From the NCBI GenBank assembly GCA_964433815.1, contig CAYSSP010000006.1, forward strand, positions 18,822 through 82,821: DNA of 64,000 nt, in the 5' to 3' direction. The notes under the pieces were generated by a model. The model saw nothing but the letters and a program-made list of their open reading frames with translations, was not told the DNA's origin and did no database searches. Shown piece by piece: positions 44,549 to 53,620 of the stretch. Made by a program: the position numbers and the translations under genes. The DNA comes from an uncultured Candidatus Cloacimonadota bacterium (lineage in GTDB: Bacteria > Cloacimonadota > Cloacimonadia > Cloacimonadales > Cloacimonadaceae). The stretch's first letter is position 1, and each line of letters starts with the position of its first letter.

Positions 44549-45730
44549 ATGCGCAAGAAATGGTTCATCTGGATAGGTATTGCATTGGTACTGGTAGTTT
44601 TGATGAGCTTGGGGATCAAGCAATGCACAAAGGCTCAACGCTCGATGCTGGCCTCCCTGAGTGGTGGTAACGAGACATATACCGTTGCGCGAGGAGACAT
44701 CATCAACAAGATCGAAATCACCGGGGAAATCCAACCCCAGACTGTGGTTTCGCTCAAATCCCGCGTCTCCGGCAAGATAGTTCGCTTTTATGCAAACGAA
44801 AATGATTACGTTCGCAGCGGCCAGATTATTGCCGATATCGAGCCTGATTACAACCAGGCAAATACCTTGTTTAGCACCCGGGCTCAGCTCGAACAAGCCG
44901 AGATCAGGCTGCGTAATGCGAGACAGGATCTGGATGCCAAGCGTCAATTGCTGGAGAATGACTATATCTCGAGAGAAGTATTCGAAGCGGCAGAAGACGA
45001 ACTGCAAAGCGCACAGATAGCGCATCAGCAAGCCAGTTCGCAGTATGAAATGATACGTGATCTCGATACCGGAGGCAGAGTGACGCATGTCTATGCCACT
45101 TCCTCAGGCGTCTGCATCGAGCGCAAGATCAATGAAGGCGAGATGGTGCAATCCAGCATTACTTCCTACGGTGAAGGTACCGTGATAATGAAAATCGCGG
45201 ATCTGAGCCATATGATCGTAAAATCCAATATCAATGAGGTTGATATAGCCAAGTTTTCGGTGGGGCAGGAAGCGGAGATTTCTCTGGATGCTCTGCCTTA
45301 TGAGAACTTTGTGGGCCAGGTGGTAAAGATCGCACCACAGGCTATTACGGAAAACAATGCCAAGGTCTTCCCGGTGGAGATCAGTATAAATGCCACAGGT
45401 GAAAAGGTAAAGCCGGGTATGACGGCCAATGTCTCCATCCTGGGCGAAAAGCGCGAAGATGTATTAGTCGTACCGATACGCGCTATCTTTAGCAATGAAA
45501 ACAATGAAGACATCGTCTATGTGGCCCCGGCGAAAGCTGACAGCACTGCCAAAGCCGCTCCCAAAGCAACGCCAATGGGCATGCCAAAGGCAACCGGAAC
45601 ACCACGGGTGGTGAAGCTGGGCTCAAACGATATGCAGCAGGTGGAGATTATCAGCGGCCTCAAAGAAGGCGAAGTGATCCTGCTCAATGATCCCAATGCC
45701 GCGGTCAATCCATTCCAGATGATGATGTAA
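44549..45730 (+). CDS. HlyD/MacA-family periplasmic adaptor (membrane fusion) protein
   Basis: N-terminal TM segment, barrel-sandwich 'TGEIQPQTVVSLKSRVSGKIVRFYANENDYVRSGQIIADI', a coiled-coil stretch, and the C-terminal 'VVKLGSNDMQQVEIISGLKEGEVI'. Confidence 0.8.
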   Translation: MRKKWFIWIGIALVLVVLMSLGIKQCTKAQRSMLASLSGGNETYTVARGDIINKIEITGEIQPQTVVSLKSRVSGKIVRFYANENDYVRSGQIIADIEPDYNQANTLFSTRAQLEQAEIRLRNARQDLDAKRQLLENDYISREVFEAAEDELQSAQIAHQQASSQYEMIRDLDTGGRVTHVYATSSGVCIERKINEGEMVQSSITSYGEGTVIMKIADLSHMIVKSNINEVDIAKFSVGQEAEISLDALPYENFVGQVVKIAPQAITENNAKVFPVEISINATGEKVKPGMTANVSILGEKREDVLVVPIRAIFSNENNEDIVYVAPAKADSTAKAAPKATPMGMPKATGTPRVVKLGSNDMQQVEIISGLKEGEVILLNDPNAAVNPFQMMM

Positions 45731-45742
45731 TAAGGAGAACCA

Positions 45743-46720
45743 ATGATTGAGATAAAGGGACTGAGCCGTCATTTCGGCTCGATCAAAGCTGTGGACAAGA
45801 TCAGCTTTGAGATTGCGCCCGGAGAAATTGTGGGCTTCTTGGGACCAAACGGAGCCGGAAAGACAACCACAATGAGGATGATGGTGGGCTATTTACAGCC
45901 GACTGATGGTGGAATCCTGATCGATGGCGAGAGCATCTTTAGCGATCCGATCAAGACCAGCCACAATATCGGGTATCTACCTGAAAACAATCCTCTCTAC
46001 AACGACCTGAGCGTCTATGAATTCTTAAAGTTTATCTCCGCTTTGCGGGGTATGTCCGCTGAGAGATTTGCCCAAAGGCTGGAATTTGTGGGACAAAACT
46101 GCGGACTCAAAGCTGTAATGCATCAGAAGATCGGGACTCTTTCAAAAGGTTACCGACAGAGAACCGGCCTGGCACAGGCGATCCTGCACGATCCCAAGAT
46201 ATTGATTCTGGACGAGCCTACCAGCGGACTCGATCCAAACCAGATCATCGAGATCAGAGATCTGATCCGTGAACTGGGCAGGGAAAAGACCTTGATTCTC
46301 TCCAGCCACATAATGCAGGAAGTGCAAGCACTTTGCGACCGCATCATCATTATTTCCAACGGCGTGATAGTTGCCAATGCGGCTCAGGATGAGCTGGTTA
46401 AGCAATTGGACAAAGATCAGGAAATCAGGCTGGTCTTTGAAGCGGAGAATCCGCTCGAAGAAGACCTGTTGGCGGCGATTCCCGACCTGAAAATGCTGAT
46501 GAAAGAAGATACCGGCAACAAGCACGTCTGGATTTGTGCAGCTCCGGGAGAACGGGATGTGCATAGGGAATTGGCGCAATACGCACAGAAGAATTCCTGG
46601 CTGATCCTCGAACTGAGCAGCCGGAAAAAGAGTCTGGAAGATGTGTTTGTGAATCTTACCAAGACTGAGCCAAGCGGACCCGCAGTAGCGGTTACGGAAG
46701 AAGAAGGGGGAGAAAAGTGA
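45743..46720 (+). CDS. ABC transporter ATP-binding protein, GldA-like
   Basis: 'GFLGPNGAGKTTTMRMM', 'LSKGYRQRTGLAQA', 'ILILDEPTSGLD'. AAGGAG RBS. Confidence 0.85.
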   Translation: MIEIKGLSRHFGSIKAVDKISFEIAPGEIVGFLGPNGAGKTTTMRMMVGYLQPTDGGILIDGESIFSDPIKTSHNIGYLPENNPLYNDLSVYEFLKFISALRGMSAERFAQRLEFVGQNCGLKAVMHQKIGTLSKGYRQRTGLAQAILHDPKILILDEPTSGLDPNQIIEIRDLIRELGREKTLILSSHIMQEVQALCDRIIIISNGVIVANAAQDELVKQLDKDQEIRLVFEAENPLEEDLLAAIPDLKMLMKEDTGNKHVWICAAPGERDVHRELAQYAQKNSWLILELSSRKKSLEDVFVNLTKTEPSGPAVAVTEEEGGEK

Positions 46721-47439
46721 AAGCCAGTCTCGTGATAGCTAAAAAAGAGCTGAGCACTGCAGTAAGATCGGTGAGCTACTACATTGTATTCATCATCTTC
46801 CTGGTGATAGCAGGGCTCTTCTTCTCCAATACAGTCTTCAAATTTGGTCAGGCAGACATGCGTATCAGCTTTGGCATACTGCATGCCTTGTTCCTGTTTT
46901 TCATTCCGGCAATAACCATGACCAGCGTTGCGGGGGAAACATCCATCGGTACTTTTGAGCTTTTGGCAACGATGCCGATCAAGCTAAATAGCATCCTCTG
47001 GGGTAAATTCCTTGCTGCCCTGGCAATCCTGAAATCTGTGATAATATGCACACTAATCTACTTTGTGATCATCATGGTCCTGGGCAGGGGAGTGGATATC
47101 GGCGCTGTAATTACGGGATATATAGGCTTGATTATCGCAGGATGCGCCTATATCGCAATCGGAATCTTTGCCTCGAGCCTGCCATCAAACCAGATTCTGG
47201 CTTTTATCATTGGTGTTGTGATCAGCGCTTTCTTCTTCGGAATCACATATATCATCGGGATGTTGCCTTTAGGGTTGATGGAGTTCTTTCAGTTCTTTAG
47301 CTTTGACTTCCATCTGCAAAACTTCTTCAAAGGTGTAATCGACCTGAGAGACATCCTGTTCTTTGGCGTTGTCACACTAAGTTTTATGTTGCTGGCGGAG
47401 TTTGTTCTTCGCACGCGTAATTTGATGCAGGAGAAGTAA
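46717..47439 (+). CDS. ABC-2 permease, GldF-like
   Basis: Six-TM 240-aa protein. The GTG start overlaps the upstream TGA (GTGA). Confidence 0.65.
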   Translation: MKASLVIAKKELSTAVRSVSYYIVFIIFLVIAGLFFSNTVFKFGQADMRISFGILHALFLFFIPAITMTSVAGETSIGTFELLATMPIKLNSILWGKFLAALAILKSVIICTLIYFVIIMVLGRGVDIGAVITGYIGLIIAGCAYIAIGIFASSLPSNQILAFIIGVVISAFFFGITYIIGMLPLGLMEFFQFFSFDFHLQNFFKGVIDLRDILFFGVVTLSFMLLAEFVLRTRNLMQEK

Positions 47440-47440
47440 G

Positions 47441-49024
47441 ATGGCTATCAGCAAATCACAACAAAGTCTCCTGAACCTGTTGCTATACAAGCTGATCACG
47501 ATCGGCATTCTGATCTTTCTCTTGCTCTTATCGTATTACCTGCCGCTGAGATTGGATCTCTCCAAGGGAAGGATCTACAGCTTGTCGGAAGCGAGTAAAG
47601 ATGCCGTCCGCCAGCTCAAAGACAGGCTGATCATCAAGATATATGCCTCGGAGGAACTACCTCCAAACCTGGTGAGTCTCGATCGATATCTCAAAGATAT
47701 CTTGGCTGAGTACAAGCTGAGAGGCGGAGGAAACTTTGTCTATCAGTATGTCAAAGCGGAATCTCCGGAGCAATTGAGAGCTCTGGCTCAGCAAAACAGA
47801 CTCCAGTATATGATCTTTCAGTCTTTTGAAAACGATCAGGTAACCCAAAAGGAAGTGATCTACGGGCTTACATTGGAGTATCAGGGCCGGACAGAATCCG
47901 TTACATTGCCTCCGGATATGGAAAGTAAGCTGGAGTATGTACTTACCAATCACATCAGGAAGCTTAGCGGAATCAGGCTGCCGGAACTGGTGGTCTTTCG
48001 CGATAGCACCTATCAGTATTATCCCACCGATATGCTGGAGATAGGGCTGGATGAGAACTATCTTCTGGGGTCCACTGATCTTAATACTCCACCCCGGCAG
48101 ACGCCGGTCTTACTTTTCACAGGAACTACGGATTCGCTCTCAACAGAGCAGCTCTACAACCTGGATCAGTATATCATGAAAGGCGGTAAGGTGGTGTTTT
48201 TGCAGGATAGGATGGACACGGATGGCCAGTCTGTCCACAATGTAGATTCAAACCTATTTACGATGCTGGCCTCTTACGGAGTCGGAATCGGGAAAGAGAT
48301 GGTCTTGGATCGGATCTGCGATTACCGCAGGCTGGGGGGATCTAATGAGGTGCCTTATCCGATCTACCCGGTGGTCAGAGGTAGCGAAAGCCATGTCACG
48401 ACTCAGAACATAGGAAATATAGTGCTCTACCTGGCATCAGAAATAGCCAATCTGGATACCTTGGGATTGGAATTTACGCCGATACTCAAGACCTCTGCCA
48501 ATTCCGCCAAGCTGAGCGGACCGGTATTTGATCTGCAACCGGTGCTGTACAACCGTCCAAGTTTGGAGTATTTCTCGCATCCGCCTATCGTGGTAGGAGC
48601 AGCCATCAAGGGACCTATGCAGAGCTATTTTGCAGCAGATGAGGCTTATAATCGCAGACCCGGATTCACGGCTCAAAACGCCAATGCCGAAATGGTGGTT
48701 TACGGAGATCGTGAACTGATGATGGATCCCGACAATCTCATGTATTCTGATCGCAACTTCATAGTATTCAATGCGATTGACTATCTGAGAGGAGACGAAT
48801 CAATGATTCGTATCCGTTCCAGAAGTATCCAGACCAGCTTCCTGGATGTTAGGGAGTATATGGAACGCAAGAACATGCTTTGGGGAGATCCCGGCAAGAC
48901 AGAAAGAACCATCAAACGAACCGTCGCAATCGTGAGCGTTGTAATACCACCCATGCTATTGATGGCGGCAATCGCAGCCTACTTGGCAGTGAGAAAGAGG
49001 AAACTACGGGAGTCTAAGATATGA
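47441..49024 (+). CDS. GldG-like auxiliary subunit of an ABC-2 transporter
   Basis: N- and C-terminal TM anchors. 'RLDLSKGRIYSLSEASKDAVRQLKDRLIIKIYASEELPP' is typical of GldG-family proteins. Confidence 0.7.
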   Translation: MAISKSQQSLLNLLLYKLITIGILIFLLLLSYYLPLRLDLSKGRIYSLSEASKDAVRQLKDRLIIKIYASEELPPNLVSLDRYLKDILAEYKLRGGGNFVYQYVKAESPEQLRALAQQNRLQYMIFQSFENDQVTQKEVIYGLTLEYQGRTESVTLPPDMESKLEYVLTNHIRKLSGIRLPELVVFRDSTYQYYPTDMLEIGLDENYLLGSTDLNTPPRQTPVLLFTGTTDSLSTEQLYNLDQYIMKGGKVVFLQDRMDTDGQSVHNVDSNLFTMLASYGVGIGKEMVLDRICDYRRLGGSNEVPYPIYPVVRGSESHVTTQNIGNIVLYLASEIANLDTLGLEFTPILKTSANSAKLSGPVFDLQPVLYNRPSLEYFSHPPIVVGAAIKGPMQSYFAADEAYNRRPGFTAQNANAEMVVYGDRELMMDPDNLMYSDRNFIVFNAIDYLRGDESMIRIRSRSIQTSFLDVREYMERKNMLWGDPGKTERTIKRTVAIVSVVIPPMLLMAAIAAYLAVRKRKLRESKI

Positions 49025-49977
49025 AACGCAGAATCCTGATCTTTGGAATCATCCTGTTGGCTTTGATCGCAGCGTACTTGGTGCTGAGCAGAAACAGCAA
49101 TAAGGATAATAAACAGAGGGTGTTTAGCGCGGATTCACTCGATATTGGCAAGATCGTCGTGATGGATATCAGTGATACATTGCAACTGCAACAGACAGAC
49201 AGCGGCTGGAGACTGACTGATCCGGTGGATTGGGAAGCCAATATTGACCATATGAAGAACTTCTTTAAGTTCGTCATCAATGCAAAGTATCCCAAGACAG
49301 AGATGACCACCAGCGAAGATGCAATCGAGCGTTATGGACTTACGCCGGACAAAGCCCTGCAGGTGGTTACTTACGATAAGAAGGGCAGAAAGAAGGACCA
49401 CGTTTACTTCAACAACTTTGGTAACAACTGGGACTACTTCAGGTATGAAGGTGATTCCAAGATTTATCAGATCTACGATTCGGTATCAATGACCTATCGC
49501 CCTGTATTGGCAAATTGGAGATCACCGGTCTTGGTAAGAGTCTGGGAAGACGAGCTAAAGAGTATCGAGGTCACTTACCCGCAGAATAGCTATACATTGG
49601 TTCATGAGCCAAAACGCTGGGTTTATCGAGATAAGAATGTTGCATTTGAGATCCCCGCAGAAAACAGACCGCTGCTGAGAATCCTCAACCTCCTGATTAA
49701 TCTCGATACGATGTCCTTTTTCGATGGAGACAACAGCCGGTTGATGCCCGCCTTCAACAGCCCTTTGGCAGTGGTCAAGCTGAACAAGACAGACGATACC
49801 GTTACTAAGCTTAGCTTTGCCTTTACCGAAGAAACCCGGCATATTATGATGATTGATGATAAGAGCGACCCACTTTATGGAGTGGTTAACGATTCAATCC
49901 TGCGCTTTACCATTAATGCGGATTACTTCAGGCAGTTACCCTATGGGCAGACACCTCCCCCACCCCTGGATGAATGA
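49021..49977 (+). CDS. DUF4340-like protein (usual partner downstream of gldG-like genes)
   Basis: N-terminal TM anchor. The position and size are typical of this family. ATGA coupling at both ends. Confidence 0.45.
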   Translation: MKRRILIFGIILLALIAAYLVLSRNSNKDNKQRVFSADSLDIGKIVVMDISDTLQLQQTDSGWRLTDPVDWEANIDHMKNFFKFVINAKYPKTEMTTSEDAIERYGLTPDKALQVVTYDKKGRKKDHVYFNNFGNNWDYFRYEGDSKIYQIYDSVSMTYRPVLANWRSPVLVRVWEDELKSIEVTYPQNSYTLVHEPKRWVYRDKNVAFEIPAENRPLLRILNLLINLDTMSFFDGDNSRLMPAFNSPLAVVKLNKTDDTVTKLSFAFTEETRHIMMIDDKSDPLYGVVNDSILRFTINADYFRQLPYGQTPPPPLDE

Positions 49978-50393
49978 AGATTAGCCGCTGTTACGATATT
50001 GACCAAGTACTCTTTGAAGAGATAATGCAGATCTGGGTAGAGACAGGCTTGGCATCACCGGCCAGGGCGGACGATCTATCCACGATCCAAGGCAGTATCC
50101 GTCATGGTGCTTGTGTCCTGATTGCTACAGAAAGCAGTGAGCTTATCGGTACAGCTTGGTTAACGCATGACTTCAGACGGCTTTATATCCATCATATGGG
50201 AGTAATGGCAGCCTACCAGAATCAAGGTATTGGCAGAGCACTACTTAGCGAAGCCTTGCTGATAGCAAAGGAACTGGGCTACCAAGCCAAGCTGGAAGTA
50301 CACAAGGACAATCCTGCTGCTTTGCACCTGTATGAAAGCATGGGGTTCAAACCCCTCCAAGGCTATTATTCAATGATCAAGCGTGATCTATGA
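49974..50393 (+). CDS. GNAT-family N-acetyltransferase
   Basis: 'YQNQGIGRALLSEALLIAKELGYQAKLEVHKDNPAALHLYESMGF'. Confidence 0.8.
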   Translation: MKISRCYDIDQVLFEEIMQIWVETGLASPARADDLSTIQGSIRHGACVLIATESSELIGTAWLTHDFRRLYIHHMGVMAAYQNQGIGRALLSEALLIAKELGYQAKLEVHKDNPAALHLYESMGFKPLQGYYSMIKRDL

Positions 50394-50426
50394 TATGATC
50401 TGTATCAAAGACCGCAGACTTTGTGC

Positions 50427-50456
50427 TTGACAAATATGCTAAAGCAAAGACATTAT
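50427..50456 (+). promoter_or_regulatory. Candidate promoter for the rubrerythrin-like gene
   Basis: TTGACA (50427-50432), an 18-nt spacer, then CATTAT (50451-50456), 35 nt before the ATG at 50491. Confidence 0.3.
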
Positions 50457-50490
50457 AAAAAGAGAAATGAGTATCCAACAGGAGGATAAA

Positions 50491-50976
50491 ATGGCAGTAT
50501 ATTCCGTGAATGAAATTATCGAATTGGCAGTGCAAATCGAGCGTAATGGCTATGCTTTTTACCATGAAGCTACCAAACGTAAGGGGCTGGACGCCAGATC
50601 ACTCGACTTTCTGACCCTCTTGAGAGATCAAGAACTAAACCACGAAAAGACCTTCCTCAACCTACGTGACGATATGGATTCCACCATGCTTGAGCTGAGC
50701 CAGGATTGGGATATGGTCTCCAGCTACCTAAAGACTATTGTCGAATCTCGCATCTTTGATAGCGAAAATTCAGCAATCAGAATGGCTACCGAAGCCAGTG
50801 ACCTGCGGAGCATCGTAGATTTTGCCATCACCTTCGAGAAAGACACCCTGCTGTTCTTCCACGCATTGAACGATGCCATCACCAATCCCAAAGCCAGACA
50901 AGCTTTGGCTCGTATCATCAATGAAGAAGTCTCACACGTTTTGAGACTGAACGACTTCAAAAAAACCATTATCTGA
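50491..50976 (+). CDS. Ferritin-like diiron protein, rubrerythrin family (no rubredoxin domain)
   Basis: Four E/ExxH helices ('IERNGYAFY', 'QELNHEKTF', 'FEKDTLLFF', 'NEEVSHV'). The start is set at MAVYSV, with GGAGG 5 nt upstream. Confidence 0.7.
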   Translation: MAVYSVNEIIELAVQIERNGYAFYHEATKRKGLDARSLDFLTLLRDQELNHEKTFLNLRDDMDSTMLELSQDWDMVSSYLKTIVESRIFDSENSAIRMATEASDLRSIVDFAITFEKDTLLFFHALNDAITNPKARQALARIINEEVSHVLRLNDFKKTII

Positions 50977-51032
50977 GCAATCTTGATACAGACCGGAAGT
51001 AGGGAAACCTGCTTCCGGTATTTTTTATCAGA

Positions 51033-51551
51033 ATGAAGCGCAAGAAGGGGATAAAAAAGCCAGGGCTTACTTGGCTGATAGCAGCCTGCCTGCTGATCCT
51101 GATAGTCGTAATCTACAATCCCATCTCGGTGCGGTTGATGACGATCGGAGTAGCGTTGTACTACCGGCTTGATCCGGTGATATTCTACCGTCAGATTAGA
51201 GCAGAGAGCGCATTCAGAAGCCTTGCAGTATCCCATAGGCAGGCTATAGGCTTGGGACAAGTAAGACAGAGTACAGCGGGCTATATTGAGGAAGAGCACG
51301 ATCCTGAGCTCCTTTACACCCCTCTGTACAATCTTAAGGTTTCAGCAAAGTACGACCTCTACCTCAAAAAGCGCTTCAATGGCAATTGGAGCCTGATTCT
51401 TGCCGGATACAACTGGGGTGAGACGGCAGTAGCCCGCCGGATGAGAGGTATAGTGATAGATCCCAAAGAGGACTATAGAAAGCACTTCCGAGATATCCCC
51501 GAGACTTACAATTACATCGAAAAAATACTCGGACCTCTAAAAAAGGCTTGA
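51033..51551 (+). CDS. Lytic transglycosylase (SLT domain) with an N-terminal membrane anchor
   Basis: 'IRAESAFRSLAVSHRQAIGLGQV' (catalytic E-S motif) and 'LILAGYNWGE'. Confidence 0.75.
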   Translation: MKRKKGIKKPGLTWLIAACLLILIVVIYNPISVRLMTIGVALYYRLDPVIFYRQIRAESAFRSLAVSHRQAIGLGQVRQSTAGYIEEEHDPELLYTPLYNLKVSAKYDLYLKKRFNGNWSLILAGYNWGETAVARRMRGIVIDPKEDYRKHFRDIPETYNYIEKILGPLKKA

Positions 51552-51605
51552 CGAGATTTGGCTTCCCAAAAAGGATAATAGCATAAATTTATTCAGGAGT
51601 TTATT

Positions 51606-52262
51606 ATGTTGCGTAACCAGAACGGAATCTCTGTTTATACAGTCCTCAGCGTGATTCTGATGATCGCCTTGGTGGTGGTCTTGGCTATCCCGCACTTCTT
51701 TAATTTGGACAAAGAAAAGAACGTGGATGACTGTATCAACAACATGAAAGAGCTGTGGGTTGCTACGACTGATTATATTAAAGACAACAATGCAGATTTT
51801 GGCGGTGACATCAACGTCCTTCTCAAGACCCGCAAGAAGTCTGATCCCTCCAAAACATACCTTGGTGATAGAGGTTACTGCCCGGAAACCACCCGCCAAA
51901 AGACCGATTACATCGTCTTTGGCAAGTATGCACAGGATATGGTGGGCACAGAAGTTCGTCACAATATCGGGGTGATCGTCTATTGCCCAAACCTCAGTTC
52001 CTACCACAAGCACTATCTGCCCAAAACTTTCTACGAAAATATGGATCCCACTCAGCTCCAGAACATGATGACAGAAGATTTGGATTTCATCGACGAACAG
52101 ACCGGTTCCAGCGGTGCGAGAAAGCTTGAAGCTCTGCAAAAGTACATCGATATCTGGAAGACCAATCCCCAGGCCTACGAGCTTAGAAAAGCTGATTCCA
52201 CAGCCCTCAGAGCCATGATTTTCCCGGATATGTTCCAAGCTGCTCCGGCTATTCCTGAATAA
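51606..52262 (+). CDS. Hypothetical protein with a pilin/pseudopilin-like N-terminal helix
   Basis: 'NGISVYTVLSVILMIALVVVLAIPHFFN....CINNMKEL' resembles a prepilin N-terminus plus the 'C.NN(L/M)K' segment. It lacks the canonical G-F-T-L-I-E. AGGAG RBS. Confidence 0.4.
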   Translation: MLRNQNGISVYTVLSVILMIALVVVLAIPHFFNLDKEKNVDDCINNMKELWVATTDYIKDNNADFGGDINVLLKTRKKSDPSKTYLGDRGYCPETTRQKTDYIVFGKYAQDMVGTEVRHNIGVIVYCPNLSSYHKHYLPKTFYENMDPTQLQNMMTEDLDFIDEQTGSSGARKLEALQKYIDIWKTNPQAYELRKADSTALRAMIFPDMFQAAPAIPE

Positions 52263-52304
52263 ATACCGCTTCACTCGTGTGAAGTAAAGATAAGAACAAT
52301 GAAA

Positions 52305-52327
52305 GTCGTCCCCGGACGGCTTTTTTT
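52305..52327 (+). terminator. Rho-independent terminator
   Basis: gtcgtcc-cc-ggacggc followed by T7 (52321-52327). Confidence 0.6.
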
Positions 52328-52345
52328 CTAGGACAGGAGATTAGA

Positions 52346-53620
52346 ATGCAATACAGAGAATTTCTCGACCACATATATCAGAAATACTCCGGCAACGTCA
52401 AGCTGGAGCTCGACAGGATGCAAGGTGTGCTAAGCGATCTGGGCAATCCCCAAAATGACCTGCGAGGTTTTCACATCGCCGGGACCAACGGCAAAGGCAG
52501 TGTGTGCGCCAGCTTGGAAGCTCTGTGCCTGGAGCTCGATCCCAATGTCGGGTTAAACACTTCTCCCCATCTGATCAACTATACCGAACGCTTTAGGATT
52601 GGTGGCAGAGATATCCCCTTTGAAGACATTCTGGATTGCTTCAATCGTCACGAAAGCATCTTTGAGAAATGGGATGCTTCTTTCTTTGAAATCACCACCT
52701 CGATAGCTTTCCTTCTGTTCTCAGAGCGCAAGCTCCGGCACAATGTGATAGAGGTAGGCCTTGGCGGCAGACTGGATGCTACAAACCTTTGGACTCCCGA
52801 TATTACTGCCATCACCACCATTGGGCTGGATCATATCAAAACTCTGGGTGGCACCCTGGAGATCATCGCCAGGGAAAAAGCCGGCATCATAAAGCCTGAG
52901 ATTCCTGTAGTATTGGGTAGTATTCCCAGTTCACCGCGTAGTGAAATCGTCTCAATAGCCCATGATCGTAATGCCCCCATATACCAATACGACAAGGATT
53001 ACACTGTTTCCAATGTCAAGCTCGCCATAGATGGAACCAGTTGGGACTACAGCTTCCAAAAGTACGATTTCAAATCTCTCAAAGCCAATCTGATCGGAAA
53101 GCATCAAGCTGATAACATCAGTATTGCAGTTACAGCTTTCATCCTCTACCTGCAGAAGCTGGGACTTCCTGTGGATGAAGCCCTGATCCGCCATGCTCTT
53201 GGCAAGATCAATTGGCAGGGCAGAATGCAGGTTATCAACCGCCAACCCGCAGTTATCCTGGATGGTGCCCACAATGTCCAAGGGATTACCGCTCTGATCG
53301 AAAGCCTCGAGCAGATCTATCCTGAGAAGAAAGTCAAGTTTGTACTCTCGATCCTCGCTGATAAAAACTATTCTGAGATGATACGGCTGATCTGTTCCAA
53401 AGCCGGGCTGATCTATATCGCCCAAAACGAATCAGACAGGGCTGCTACAGTAGCAGAACAAGCCAGAGAAGTCTCCCTGCACAATGTTCCCTATAAAGAG
53501 GCATCAAGCGTCCAGCAGGCTTATCTGATGGCATTGGAAGAAGCAGATCCGGATGATCTGATTGTCGGCGGAGGTTCCCTTTACACCGTAGGAGAAATCC
53601 TCGCTCTCAGCAGGAGCTAA
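52346..53620 (+). CDS. folC: Bifunctional folylpolyglutamate synthase / dihydrofolate synthase
   Basis: 'HIAGTNGKGSVCA' P-loop, 'LDGAHN', and Mur-ligase-like length. Confidence 0.85.
   Translation: MQYREFLDHIYQKYSGNVKLELDRMQGVLSDLGNPQNDLRGFHIAGTNGKGSVCASLEALCLELDPNVGLNTSPHLINYTERFRIGGRDIPFEDILDCFNRHESIFEKWDASFFEITTSIAFLLFSERKLRHNVIEVGLGGRLDATNLWTPDITAITTIGLDHIKTLGGTLEIIAREKAGIIKPEIPVVLGSIPSSPRSEIVSIAHDRNAPIYQYDKDYTVSNVKLAIDGTSWDYSFQKYDFKSLKANLIGKHQADNISIAVTAFILYLQKLGLPVDEALIRHALGKINWQGRMQVINRQPAVILDGAHNVQGITALIESLEQIYPEKKVKFVLSILADKNYSEMIRLICSKAGLIYIAQNESDRAATVAEQAREVSLHNVPYKEASSVQQAYLMALEEADPDDLIVGGGSLYTVGEILALSRS

Noticed and set aside
44477-45088. A 203-aa minus-strand ORF overlapping the start of the HlyD-like gene
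   Set aside because: It overlaps a plus-strand gene that has an RBS and clear family motifs, and its own translation has no features.
51537-52274. A 245-aa minus-strand ORF covering the same DNA as 51606-52262 (+)
   Set aside because: The plus-strand ORF has an AGGAG RBS, a hydrophobic N-terminal helix and a downstream terminator. The minus-strand translation has no features, and its start would sit inside that terminator region.
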